A DNA stretch of 64,000 bases from a virus, in the IMG/VR virus record IMGVR_UViG_3300030329_006034, positions 1 to 64,000 of that record; one strand, given 5' to 3'. Positions 17,752-27,184 of this stretch are shown piece by piece. Each line of letters begins with the position of its first letter. The stretch's first letter is position 1. The position numbers and the translations under genes are program-made. The notes under the pieces were generated by a model. It worked only from the letters and a program-made list of their open reading frames with translations. It made no database searches and was not told the origin of the DNA.

Positions 17752-19537
17752 GAAGCTTAGTATAGTAAATTTTCTGTCTGTAGGAGAAGAACCCGTTACA
17801 ATAGAATTTAGTAAAGGTCTTCATGTCATTACAGGTAAAAATAAAGATAAGCCTGATAGAAGGAACGCTATTGGTAAAAGTACAATAGCGGACGCTTTAT
17901 ATTTTGCTATATTTGGCGAAACACTACGTGAACTTAAAAAGGATCTCATACCTAATAATCTTACTAACGGTAAGACACATGTGGAATTAGATTTCGAACT
18001 TGATTCGCCCCGTGGGAAGAACAATTATAAGATAATACGTACTTTATCACCTTCGAAGGTTTTTATCTTTAAGGATGGTGTAGATCGGACAAGAGATAGT
18101 ATTAAAAACACTACAGCATACATTAGTCGGGTGTTAAGCGCTTCACCCTCCATCTTTCAAAACTGTGTTATTATGACAGTTAACAATGCTGTACCTTTCA
18201 TGGCTAAAAATAAAATTGAAAAACGAAAGTTTATTGAAGATATTTTTGGCATGGAAATTTTCAGTACCATGTTAACTGCTTTAAGGAATGAGTATAATGA
18301 TATATCGCGTGAGCATGACACACAGTTGACCAAATTAGAAGAGATTCAAAAAGCGTATAACAACTATGAAGACCAAAAACAGCGAATTCTTCAAACTAGA
18401 AAAAATAAAAAAGAAAAATATCTCGGTCGTCAAAAAGATAATACCGAAGAGAAGGAAAAGCTTAAAAAGGAAGTTTATAAAATTGAAGAAGTAGATATTA
18501 GTAAAATTCAAAAGCAAATATCCTCTCTTGAAGAAGCTGTCTCTGATCATGATATTAAAATTGAGACTAACTTAGAAGCTGTTGCTCGTAATAAAGCTTT
18601 AGCTGCCACCAGGAAGGAGAGATACCAAAAGATGGGTACAGATGAAGAAAAGTGCCCAGTATGTCTTCGTAATATGGAGGAGCATGATGCTAAGTTAATA
18701 GCTAAAGAAAAGAAAAAACTTAAAGAAGCGATTCATGAAGCTGTAGAAGACATTAAAAACTATTCTGACGGGTTAAAGGAACTAAAAGTAAGAAAGGATC
18801 GTTTTATAAAGGCCATAAGTCAGTGCCAGAACAAAATATCTGAAGCAAGATTACAAGAGCAAAATAAAAAGAACATTGAACAGCGAATTGAGCAGCTAGA
18901 TAAGTGGCAGGAGGAATTAGAGGGTGATTTAGAGGCTATTGAATCTACTGATACGGATTTTGACACGTTAATTGTTGAAACGAAAAGACGTGTAGATAAA
19001 CTTGAGAAGAAAGTTAAAAAGTTTAGAGGTGAGTTAGCTAAGTTAGATATTGTAAAGTACGTTGTTTCAGAAGAAGGTGTTAAGTCTTACATTGTAAATA
19101 AGCTATTGGAACTTTTAAACAGTAAATTACTTCTCTATCTTAAGCGATTAGACTCTAATTCAATTTGTATTTTTAACGAATATTTTGAAGAAGAAATATT
19201 AAACGAAAAAAATAAAGTATGTTCCTATTTTAACTTTTCTGGAGCAGAGCGCAAGTCAATTGACCTAGCATGCTTGTTTACATTTTCTGATATAAGAAGA
19301 TTACAGGGCGGTGTACAATACAATATTGCAATTTATGATGAGCTTTTTGATTCTTCGTTTGATGAAAAAGGAATCGAACTTATTACACGAATCTTACAAG
19401 ATAGGGTTGAAGAGTTAGACGAGTGTTCTATTGTAATATCACATCGTAAAGAATCGATTAAAGCGGTTACAGGTGATGTAATTTATCTCGAGAAAGAAAA
19501 CGGTATAACTACGAGGGTAGATTATACAGAACGATAA
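17732..19537 (+). CDS. gp46: Recombination ATPase gp46 (Rad50/SbcC)
   Basis: NFLSVG, GKST, CPVC zinc hook, FSGAE, YDELFD, ISH; start moved to ATG 17732. Confidence 0.92.
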   Translation: MKKVNFKKLSIVNFLSVGEEPVTIEFSKGLHVITGKNKDKPDRRNAIGKSTIADALYFAIFGETLRELKKDLIPNNLTNGKTHVELDFELDSPRGKNNYKIIRTLSPSKVFIFKDGVDRTRDSIKNTTAYISRVLSASPSIFQNCVIMTVNNAVPFMAKNKIEKRKFIEDIFGMEIFSTMLTALRNEYNDISREHDTQLTKLEEIQKAYNNYEDQKQRILQTRKNKKEKYLGRQKDNTEEKEKLKKEVYKIEEVDISKIQKQISSLEEAVSDHDIKIETNLEAVARNKALAATRKERYQKMGTDEEKCPVCLRNMEEHDAKLIAKEKKKLKEAIHEAVEDIKNYSDGLKELKVRKDRFIKAISQCQNKISEARLQEQNKKNIEQRIEQLDKWQEELEGDLEAIESTDTDFDTLIVETKRRVDKLEKKVKKFRGELAKLDIVKYVVSEEGVKSYIVNKLLELLNSKLLLYLKRLDSNSICIFNEYFEEEILNEKNKVCSYFNFSGAERKSIDLACLFTFSDIRRLQGGVQYNIAIYDELFDSSFDEKGIELITRILQDRVEELDECSIVISHRKESIKAVTGDVIYLEKENGITTRVDYTER

Positions 19538-19547
19538 ACTATATATA

Positions 19548-20777
19548 ATGATGCTAGGCGCTAATCCTTTTCCACAACCGTTTACTGCACCGGTAGTAGG
19601 GCTCCCCGGAGTACCTAAACAACTACCACAGGCACCACCAACTGATGATGTTAAACCTAAAGAAGCATCATTACCGAGATATGTAAATTACTTAGCAGAT
19701 TATTCTGGGTGTGGTCATTGGCGTATTTTGTGGCCTGAATCAGTTATTAATGCTAGAGGTGATGGAATGTCGCAATCAACTACAGCAATGGTAGTTGATC
19801 CAAGATGGTATACAGGTGTTAAAACAGTAAAGGTACAGCGCCAAGCCTCGTCACAGCAAAAAGAATTTATTAAGTTCCTTAAACAAGTACAACAAGATCA
19901 CGGGTTTAAAATTATTTACGAAGTCGATGATGTGGTGTTTAAGGAAGTAATACCTGATTATAATAAATTTAAATTTGCCTTCGATACAGAAGAAGTTCGT
20001 CAAAACTGCGTTGATATTATTAATATGGTTGATGAAGTCACAGTAACCTGTGAATTCATGAAAAGATTATACACCGAAAAAACAGGTCAAAAAAATATTA
20101 CGGTGATTCCTAATTTTGTTCCTAATTTCTGGCTCGGTCATTTATACGATCCGCGTAAAGTAGAACGGGCATTTAAAAAACATAAACAGCGACCTAGAAT
20201 TTTATACACTGGCTCCGGAGCTCATTACGATGTTGATAATAAGGTTAGTGGCCAGGATGATATGTCTCATGTAAGAGACTTTATTAGAAAAACCGTTAAA
20301 AAATATCAGTGGATATTTGTTGGGGCGTTTCCACCTCAATTAGTAGACTTGGTACAGCAAAGAGAAATTGAATTTTACCCATGGGAAACTTTAATTAGAT
20401 ACCCATACCTTATTGCAAGCCTAGATGCACAGCTTATGGTAGCGCCTCTTCAAGTAAACGATTTTAATAAATCAAAATCTGATATTAAATTTATTGAAGC
20501 GTGTACCTTAGGCATACCGTGTTTATGTCAAGATATGGAGACATATAATTCAGCTCCAAGCACCTTAAAGTTTACAACAGTAGAAGAGTTTGAACACAAA
20601 ATTAATAGTATACTGGCATTTAAAAATAAAGGTAGCTATTATAGTAATATCCGCAAACTAAGAGGAATTGCAGAGAAGCGAATATTAGAAAAAGACGAAA
20701 ATGTACGCGCTTATTTAGAAAGTCTCAACACACCGTGGGGCAGCGATGAAAGAGTGCATTTAAAGAGATGGAATTAG
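19548..20777 (+). CDS. Glycosyltransferase (GT-B-like)
   Basis: SGCGHWRI, YEVDD, VTVT, VIPNF, APL...FNKSKSDIKFIEA...GIP. Confidence 0.75.
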   Translation: MMLGANPFPQPFTAPVVGLPGVPKQLPQAPPTDDVKPKEASLPRYVNYLADYSGCGHWRILWPESVINARGDGMSQSTTAMVVDPRWYTGVKTVKVQRQASSQQKEFIKFLKQVQQDHGFKIIYEVDDVVFKEVIPDYNKFKFAFDTEEVRQNCVDIINMVDEVTVTCEFMKRLYTEKTGQKNITVIPNFVPNFWLGHLYDPRKVERAFKKHKQRPRILYTGSGAHYDVDNKVSGQDDMSHVRDFIRKTVKKYQWIFVGAFPPQLVDLVQQREIEFYPWETLIRYPYLIASLDAQLMVAPLQVNDFNKSKSDIKFIEACTLGIPCLCQDMETYNSAPSTLKFTTVEEFEHKINSILAFKNKGSYYSNIRKLRGIAEKRILEKDENVRAYLESLNTPWGSDERVHLKRWN

Positions 20778-20804
20778 GAACTACTATATACTATAATATA
20801 GTAG

Positions 20805-23378
20805 ATGTCATATAGGAATGTTGTTTATAACGGTAGAAACCGTTGCGTTAATTTGTTTACCTGGGATAAAGACGGTAAACGTGTAATGCATGAATGTTCC
20901 TTTGAACCGTATCTCTATCTTGAAAGTGGAGCAGGGGATAAGACATCGATTTACGGTACTAAGGTTAAAAAACGTAAATTTAATACAAGCTACGACCGGT
21001 CGAGATTTGTAAGGGAGTCAAATGTTAAGCGTGTGTTTGAAAATATGCCGCCGGCGCAGCAGTTTTTACTCGACTTATATTGGGAGCAAAATGAAGAGCC
21101 CGAATTTAGTACGCAACCACTTAAAACGTGCCTGTTAGATATTGAGACATATTCTCCGGACTCTTTTCCAAATCCAGAAGACCCGACACACGTGGTTAAC
21201 GTTATAACATGTTATGATAACTTTACAAAAAAGTTTCATACCTTTGGCATTAAACCTTATACAGGTCACGGTCGGTCAGATTTAAATTATGTTCATTGCA
21301 AAGATGAACGGGAAATGTTTATTAGATTTATCGAGTATCTAGAACGCGATTATCCGGATATTTTAAGCGGTTGGAACTCAGAATTTTTTGATATACCTTA
21401 TATTATTAACAGAATCGAACGAATACTCGGTCAAGATTATGTTGATAGGCTGTCACCGCTTGGACGTGTACATTTTAGAGCGGTTAAGGGTAAGTTTGGA
21501 CGTGACTTAAAAAGATATTATATAGATGGTATTGCGTGTTTAGATTATCTAGATGTTTATAAGCGCTTTTGTTTAAAACTCCGAGAGTCATATAAACTAG
21601 ATGCTATTGGCGAAGTTGAGCTTGGACAACGAAAGATTGATTACGGTGATACAAACCTTGCGACCTTATCAGATGAAGATTGGAACACCTTTATTGATTA
21701 TAACATCCAAGACGTTAATTTGTTAGTTAGGCTAGAACAAAAACTTCAATATGTTCCTTTGTTGCGTAAGTTATCTTATGTTGGTTTAACAACTTTAGAA
21801 GGCGCTATGGGCACCATTCAAGTTATTAATGGTGCTCTTTGTATTAGAGCTAGAAAAAGAGGCGAGGTTATTGCAACATTTTTACGGAATGCCGATACAG
21901 GTAAAAATCCTGGTGCTTATGTAGCTGAACCAAAAAACGGATTTAAAAATCATATTGTTTCTTTTGACGCGAACTCACTATATCCTAATGTGATGATATC
22001 TCTCAATACATCACCGGAAACAAAAGTAGGTAAAGTAGAAAGAACGACTGATCAAAAGGTAACTATACAACATGTCAGTGGAAGAGTCTTTGAACTCGAT
22101 AAACCGGCGTTTGCAAAGTTTATTAAAGAGGAAGAGTGTGCTTTGTCGAAAGCCGGTTTCTTGTTTACGCAAAAGAAGAAGGGCATTATACCTGAATTTT
22201 TAGAATATTACTATAACCAACGAGTAAAGATTAAAAAAGAGCTCTTTAAGGCTAAAACTAAGCTCAAAAAACTTAAAAAGAACTCTCCGGAATTTATTGA
22301 TGCAAAGTACGAAGTTGAACGACTTAACACTTCGCAGATGGTAATAAAAATTCTTATTAACTCATGTTATGGGTATATGGGCAATAAGAACGCTCCAATT
22401 GGGGATGATGATATTGCATCTTCAGTCACGCTAACCGGGCAAGCGGTTATTAAATATTCAAATGAACTTATCAAGGAATTTATCAAAAAAGAGATACCCG
22501 ATATCTCTGATAAAGAACTTGAAGAATGTATTGTTTACAATGATACGGATTCGTCATATGTTTCTATTACTCCTCTTGTTAGCAAGGGCTTAAACTTTTT
22601 AGACGGGGATGATGTGCATCAAGATACGCATGATAAAATTCAAGAGATTGAAGACTATTTAAACAAAGGGGTATATGAATGGGCAAAAAAATCTCTCTTA
22701 TCGAAAGATAGTCGATTTGTATTTAAACGTGAGTGTATAGCTGATGTAGGTGTCTTCTTGCAGAAGAAAAGATACGTAATGCATATATTGGATGATGAGG
22801 GCATTAAGGAAAATAAGTTTAAGTACACGGGGGTTGAGGTAGTACGTACAACTATGCCTAATGCTATCAAACCGTATGCAAAGAAGATTATTGAGACAAT
22901 GTTAAGTACGCAGTCTTTAACAGAGACAAATAAAGTACTTAATAAAACATATGACATCTTTAAGGAACTTAAGCCTGAAGAACTTGCATTTGTAATGGGT
23001 GTTAAAGGCTATGAAAAGTACGCGGACGCCTGTAATGAATTTACAACGGTTAAAAGTATGCCTATTCATGTTAAGTCAGCATATTTTTATAATTTGATTT
23101 TAGATAAATTGGGCACAGGTAACAAATATGAGTCGCTTGGATCGGGAGATAAGGTACGGTACATGTACGTGGAGCGACCCAATAAGTATGGACTAGATAG
23201 TATCGGTTTTAAGTATGATTACCCCAAAGAGTTTAAAGATACATTTAAGATTGATTATGACAAAATGTTTGAAAAGATTTTGTTTCAAGGTATTGAAAGA
23301 TTTTACGATTGTGTAGGTTGGAATATTCGTAAACCTGCTGAAAATGTACAAGTTGAATTATTCGACCTGTTTACATAA
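20805..23378 (+). CDS. gp43: Family B DNA polymerase gp43
   Basis: DIET, WNSEFFD, YNIQD exonuclease motifs; DANSLYP, KILINSCYG, YNDTDS, KKRY. Confidence 0.97.
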   Translation: MSYRNVVYNGRNRCVNLFTWDKDGKRVMHECSFEPYLYLESGAGDKTSIYGTKVKKRKFNTSYDRSRFVRESNVKRVFENMPPAQQFLLDLYWEQNEEPEFSTQPLKTCLLDIETYSPDSFPNPEDPTHVVNVITCYDNFTKKFHTFGIKPYTGHGRSDLNYVHCKDEREMFIRFIEYLERDYPDILSGWNSEFFDIPYIINRIERILGQDYVDRLSPLGRVHFRAVKGKFGRDLKRYYIDGIACLDYLDVYKRFCLKLRESYKLDAIGEVELGQRKIDYGDTNLATLSDEDWNTFIDYNIQDVNLLVRLEQKLQYVPLLRKLSYVGLTTLEGAMGTIQVINGALCIRARKRGEVIATFLRNADTGKNPGAYVAEPKNGFKNHIVSFDANSLYPNVMISLNTSPETKVGKVERTTDQKVTIQHVSGRVFELDKPAFAKFIKEEECALSKAGFLFTQKKKGIIPEFLEYYYNQRVKIKKELFKAKTKLKKLKKNSPEFIDAKYEVERLNTSQMVIKILINSCYGYMGNKNAPIGDDDIASSVTLTGQAVIKYSNELIKEFIKKEIPDISDKELEECIVYNDTDSSYVSITPLVSKGLNFLDGDDVHQDTHDKIQEIEDYLNKGVYEWAKKSLLSKDSRFVFKRECIADVGVFLQKKRYVMHILDDEGIKENKFKYTGVEVVRTTMPNAIKPYAKKIIETMLSTQSLTETNKVLNKTYDIFKELKPEELAFVMGVKGYEKYADACNEFTTVKSMPIHVKSAYFYNLILDKLGTGNKYESLGSGDKVRYMYVERPNKYGLDSIGFKYDYPKEFKDTFKIDYDKMFEKILFQGIERFYDCVGWNIRKPAENVQVELFDLFT

Positions 23379-23386
23379 ATAGACTC

Positions 23387-23698
23387 ATGGCATTACAACC
23401 CGGCGGATACACAGACAGACCTGAAGACGATAACACCAAGCAGGCCCATCCTGCTTTTAATAGAGGTAAAGCTCGGGGTATTTTGGAGACCCTAGCTATT
23501 CTTAAAAAGGTAATTACAGGAGAAGATAATGGCACTGGAACTATTAATTCTCCGGAAATTGAAAAGATTCGAAGATCAATTTTTGTTATGAGAGAAGCTT
23601 TAGATCATGCTTCAGACAAATCTACTTATCTTTCTAAACCAGCTAAAGAGGCTCTCAACGAAGCTTATGAAATAGCAAATTCTTTAAGATTTCAGTAG
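23387..23698 (+). CDS. Hypothetical protein
   Basis: 103-aa ORF; ATAAATA 5 nt upstream. Confidence 0.6.
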   Translation: MALQPGGYTDRPEDDNTKQAHPAFNRGKARGILETLAILKKVITGEDNGTGTINSPEIEKIRRSIFVMREALDHASDKSTYLSKPAKEALNEAYEIANSLRFQ

Positions 23699-23731
23699 TT
23701 GCAATTTAAAATTTTTAACTAAAATAATAAT

Positions 23732-24124
23732 ATGGCAGACAAAAAAATTAAGACTATCGTCGATCACATTGGCCGAACTGTTGTAGGTAAGGTGACAGCA
23801 GAGACTAAAAACTCTCTCACACTTTTTAACCCTGTAATTATTCATGTTCAACCTGATCAACAGACCGGGCAACTTCAGGTACAATCTTTTCCGTATATCT
23901 TTATGGAGTTCCTAAAAGACAAGGACAAAAATAATTGGATTTTCGATAAGAGCTCAATTAGTGTTTCGGATGTAGAGCTTGATGAGCGTATTATTTCCCA
24001 ATATAATAATATTAACAACCCCAACCCACCAATTCAGGAACCCCAGCAAGGGACTGGTGAAGAGCCCGAAGTAATTAAGCTCTTTGATGATGAGGAGGAG
24101 CCAGAGTTGGCGACCAGCAAGTAA
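23732..24124 (+). CDS. Hypothetical protein (small beta-rich domain with acidic tail)
   Basis: 130-aa ORF; TTGCAA-N15-TAAAAT-N6-ATG. Confidence 0.65.
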   Translation: MADKKIKTIVDHIGRTVVGKVTAETKNSLTLFNPVIIHVQPDQQTGQLQVQSFPYIFMEFLKDKDKNNWIFDKSSISVSDVELDERIISQYNNINNPNPPIQEPQQGTGEEPEVIKLFDDEEEPELATSK

Positions 24125-24128
24125 CAAT

Positions 24129-24311
24129 ATGTTTTTCTTCCGTAAAAAGGACGTGGTTAAGTACGTAAAAAATACTAACCCAAAATTTAAGACAGAGAGC
24201 GCAGAGTATCTCTTAGTAAAAGGATATAAGCAAGATCCTCTACTCTTTACTCTTTCCGAAGTTGACAGAGCGAAGAAAAGGGCTGCGAAAAATCCTGAGG
24301 ATACTCAGTAG
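24129..24311 (+). CDS. Hypothetical small protein
   Basis: Likely start MFFFRKK at 24129, just after the upstream stop. Confidence 0.55.
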   Translation: MFFFRKKDVVKYVKNTNPKFKTESAEYLLVKGYKQDPLLFTLSEVDRAKKRAAKNPEDTQ

Positions 24312-24343
24312 ATTCTATAATCAGTGTTATAAATAATTTTACT

Positions 24344-24754
24344 ATGAAACTAACTAAATACACACACAACCCAATCGCAGAAATCGAAAGAGCCTTTGAT
24401 GGTTTTTTCAATCTGACGCCAGTCTTCCACCAGTTGGAAGAAGTATATAAAACAGGAGATCAAGTTCGATTTTCATCGGATGAAAACGCACTAGGCGTAC
24501 AAATTGATCTACCTGGAGTCACGAAAGATAATTTAGATCTTTCCACAGACACCGATCAACGCGAAGTCTATATCAAGGCAAAGCGTAAAATTATAGCCCA
24601 CGACGGGCAAAAGGAACAAACCTACAATAGGTCGTTCTCAGTTGGAAGGGAGTTTGATCTTAACAAAATTAAATTTCTATATGTCAATGGAGTCCTTGAG
24701 GTAGAGGTACCTCGTAGGAAAAAAGAAGAATATATTAAAACATATAAAGTCTAA
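24344..24754 (+). CDS. hsp20: Small heat-shock protein (Hsp20/alpha-crystallin)
   Basis: DLPGV, YNRSF, YVNGVLEVEVP; TATAAATA 8 nt upstream. Confidence 0.88.
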   Translation: MKLTKYTHNPIAEIERAFDGFFNLTPVFHQLEEVYKTGDQVRFSSDENALGVQIDLPGVTKDNLDLSTDTDQREVYIKAKRKIIAHDGQKEQTYNRSFSVGREFDLNKIKFLYVNGVLEVEVPRRKKEEYIKTYKV

Positions 24755-24784
24755 CAATTTAAATGGGCCTAGCTAGCCCAACCC

Positions 24785-24952
24785 GGGTGTGCCTGAATAA
24801 ACATTTTAAGCAAGAGTGTTAAAGGGACTGCTGACGTGCATGGAGGGTCAACTGACTATTAAGTGTATAATGCGGGGCACAAGTAGGTTTAAAAGATGAA
24901 ACTGCATCTTGCCTAACTGAAAGTTGGAGGTAACCAGAAAATCCTCTCACCC
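24785..24952 (+). ncRNA. Structured ncRNA candidate (possibly manA-motif-like)
   Basis: ORF-free, GC-richer spacer with nested stems GGGTG/CACCC, GTGCC/GGCAC, AACATTTT/AGAGTGTT, TAGG/CCTA enclosing AAGATG/CATCTT, GAGG/CCTC; followed by a terminator. Confidence 0.6.
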
Positions 24953-24960
24953 ACCCTTTT

Positions 24961-24986
24961 AAAAAGCCCCGAAAGGGGCTTTTTTT
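24961..24986 (+). terminator. Rho-independent terminator (possibly bidirectional)
   Basis: AAAAAGCCCC-GAAA-GGGGCTTTTTTT. Confidence 0.9.
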
Positions 24987-25000
24987 ATGTAAATAATTAT

Positions 25001-25318
25001 GTGAACCTAATTGTTATAGCTGATTTAACCACAAACGAAGGGCTATACTTTAGGTATTTAACAATGATGGCAGAATCTAATGTTGTTGTTGAAACTACAA
25101 AGCCATTAATTGATTATCATTACAAAAATCTTAAGAGGCAAGGGTTATATGACTATGTAGATGATATGGTTACACCAGAGTGTGATGTGCAGGGTATAAG
25201 AATTGATACAGAACTCAACTACCCCATGACTATACAAACAGATACTATTCGCGGAACCAACGTTTTACACCTTTTGGAACAAATTAGGCAGTTGAAAAAC
25301 ATATATACTAAAATATAA
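25001..25318 (+). CDS. Hypothetical protein
   Basis: 105-aa ORF, GTG start; TAAATA 5 nt upstream. Confidence 0.6.
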   Translation: MNLIVIADLTTNEGLYFRYLTMMAESNVVVETTKPLIDYHYKNLKRQGLYDYVDDMVTPECDVQGIRIDTELNYPMTIQTDTIRGTNVLHLLEQIRQLKNIYTKI

Positions 25319-25319
25319 T
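25292..25319 (+). promoter_or_regulatory. sigma70-like promoter of uvsX-queC
   Basis: TTGAAA-N16-TATAAT-N7-ATG. Confidence 0.65.
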
Positions 25320-25326
25320 CTTATAT

Positions 25327-26454
25327 ATGGATAAAGATATTACTAGCGCGTTAGATGCTATTGATAAAGTAAACCCTTTTGCAACTTACCTCGATAACAA
25401 CACACTTAGCCATGTTGGTGAGTGGATTGATACTGGTTCATATGTGCTTAACGCTATTATTTCCGGTTCTATTCATGGTGGTATTCCAAAAGGAAGAGTA
25501 ACAATGTTGGCTGGTGAATCAATGACCGGTAAGTCATTGTTTGTGCAGAAGATTTTAGCTAAAGCTCAAGATGAAGGACTTACTCCTGTTATTTTTGATA
25601 CAGAGAATGCTATTGACCCTGAAGGAGCTGAAAGACTTGGTTTAGATATTAGTAAAGTTAAATACGTTCCTTGTACTAGCATTGAACAAGCACGTAACTC
25701 TTTGTATAAGTTCCTCATGGCTGTAAGAGAAAAGGGTCTTGAGGGTAAGTTCATTGTAGCTATTGACTCATTAGCTAACCTTCAATCTGAATTGGAACTT
25801 TCACGTATGAGTAAAGATAGTACTTCGTCAGATATGGGTACAAAAGCACGTGCGATGAAAACATTAATGCAAACTTGTACTAATTTAGGGTCAGTAACTC
25901 AAACTACTATTCTTTGTACTAACCATGTTTATGATGACCCCACTGCTTTGTTTCCTTCTATCGAGAAGAACATGCCAGGTGGTAAGTCGTGCGTTTATCT
26001 CCCATCAGTAACAGTTCAGTTAGCGCGTAAACCAATGAAATCAGATGGTGGTAAGACTGTTGATGGAGAACTTGCTGTAGGTCAGAAAAAATATTCTGGA
26101 ATTATTATTCGAGCTCTAACTCGAAAGAATCGATTCATTAAACAATACCTTGAAGGGGAAATCTACTTGTCTTTCTCTTCTGGTCTTGATCGTTACTATG
26201 GTTTAGTTGATTTGGCCGTGGGTGTTGGTGCTGTTGTACAAACTGGTGCGACTTATCAGCTTGAAGATGGTACTAAGCTAGGTTATTATAAGAATTGGAG
26301 AAAGGATGAAAAGCTTTGGGAAGAGACTATTCTTCCAAAACTTGAAGAACGAATTAAAGATGAGTGGTCATACAGCAATAAAGAAGAAGAGGCTCCGGAT
26401 GAAATTAATTCGTTAGATGATTTAATTAATGAAAAAGTTAGTACTAACGCTTAG
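25327..26454 (+). CDS. uvsX: RecA-like recombinase UvsX
   Basis: DTGS, GESMTGKS, FDTENA, IDSL, DMG, NHVY, GG, KNR. Confidence 0.92.
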   Translation: MDKDITSALDAIDKVNPFATYLDNNTLSHVGEWIDTGSYVLNAIISGSIHGGIPKGRVTMLAGESMTGKSLFVQKILAKAQDEGLTPVIFDTENAIDPEGAERLGLDISKVKYVPCTSIEQARNSLYKFLMAVREKGLEGKFIVAIDSLANLQSELELSRMSKDSTSSDMGTKARAMKTLMQTCTNLGSVTQTTILCTNHVYDDPTALFPSIEKNMPGGKSCVYLPSVTVQLARKPMKSDGGKTVDGELAVGQKKYSGIIIRALTRKNRFIKQYLEGEIYLSFSSGLDRYYGLVDLAVGVGAVVQTGATYQLEDGTKLGYYKNWRKDEKLWEETILPKLEERIKDEWSYSNKEEEAPDEINSLDDLINEKVSTNA

Positions 26455-27184
26455 TGGTGGCATGGACTCATCTGTGCTATTGTATATGGCACAAGATCAA
26501 GGCTATGAAGAAATACATACAGTAACCTTTGACTATGGACAGAGGCATAAACGAGAACTAGCGTGTGTTAAAAAACAAATTGATAATTTTAACAAGCTGT
26601 TTAGTGGTTGGTTTAATTTAACTGTAACTAATAAAATCTTAGATGTTAAATACATTAAGGATATTGCTCCGACGTCGTCTCTAACTAATACAGATATCGA
26701 TAATCCTAATATTAGCGAAATGGCCGGTGATGCACAACCCGTATCATATGTACCGTTTCGAAACTTAATGTTTTTATCTATTTGTTCTTCGTATGCTGAG
26801 AGTGTTGGTGCTGATACTGTTTGGTATGGCGCCGCACAAGTAGATTCTTTAGCTGGCTATTGGGACGGCAGTGAAGAGTTTGTAGATGTAGTTAATAACG
26901 TTACTGATCTTAATAGAGAGAATAGAATCTTTATTGAAGCTCCGTTACTTGAAATGTCTAAAGCTGAAATTATTAAAGAGGGTGCTAGGCTAGGGGTCCA
27001 GTTTAAAGATACTTGGACTTGTTATTCAGATAGAAAAGATAAACTAGCAGATGCTACTACACCGTCGAGTAGTATGAGAGTCAAGGGGTTTGTAGATGCT
27101 GGTTTAAAAGACCCTATCACTTATATCCAACAAGACAAGTTGGATAAGCTATACGAAGAAAATAATTGCAAAGAGTGCGCTTAA
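26429..27184 (+). CDS. queC: 7-cyano-7-deazaguanine synthase-like (atypical Zn site)
   Basis: LSGGMDS, FDYGQRH, YVPFRN, GYWD, APLL..SK, TWTCY. Confidence 0.9.
   Translation: MKKLVLTLSGGMDSSVLLYMAQDQGYEEIHTVTFDYGQRHKRELACVKKQIDNFNKLFSGWFNLTVTNKILDVKYIKDIAPTSSLTNTDIDNPNISEMAGDAQPVSYVPFRNLMFLSICSSYAESVGADTVWYGAAQVDSLAGYWDGSEEFVDVVNNVTDLNRENRIFIEAPLLEMSKAEIIKEGARLGVQFKDTWTCYSDRKDKLADATTPSSSMRVKGFVDAGLKDPITYIQQDKLDKLYEENNCKECA

Noticed and set aside
24765-24960. tRNA, tmRNA or hammerhead ribozyme
   Set aside because: No cloverleaf or TTCGA T-loop, no tmRNA tRNA-like ends, and no CTGATGA hammerhead core; kept only as a generic ncRNA candidate.
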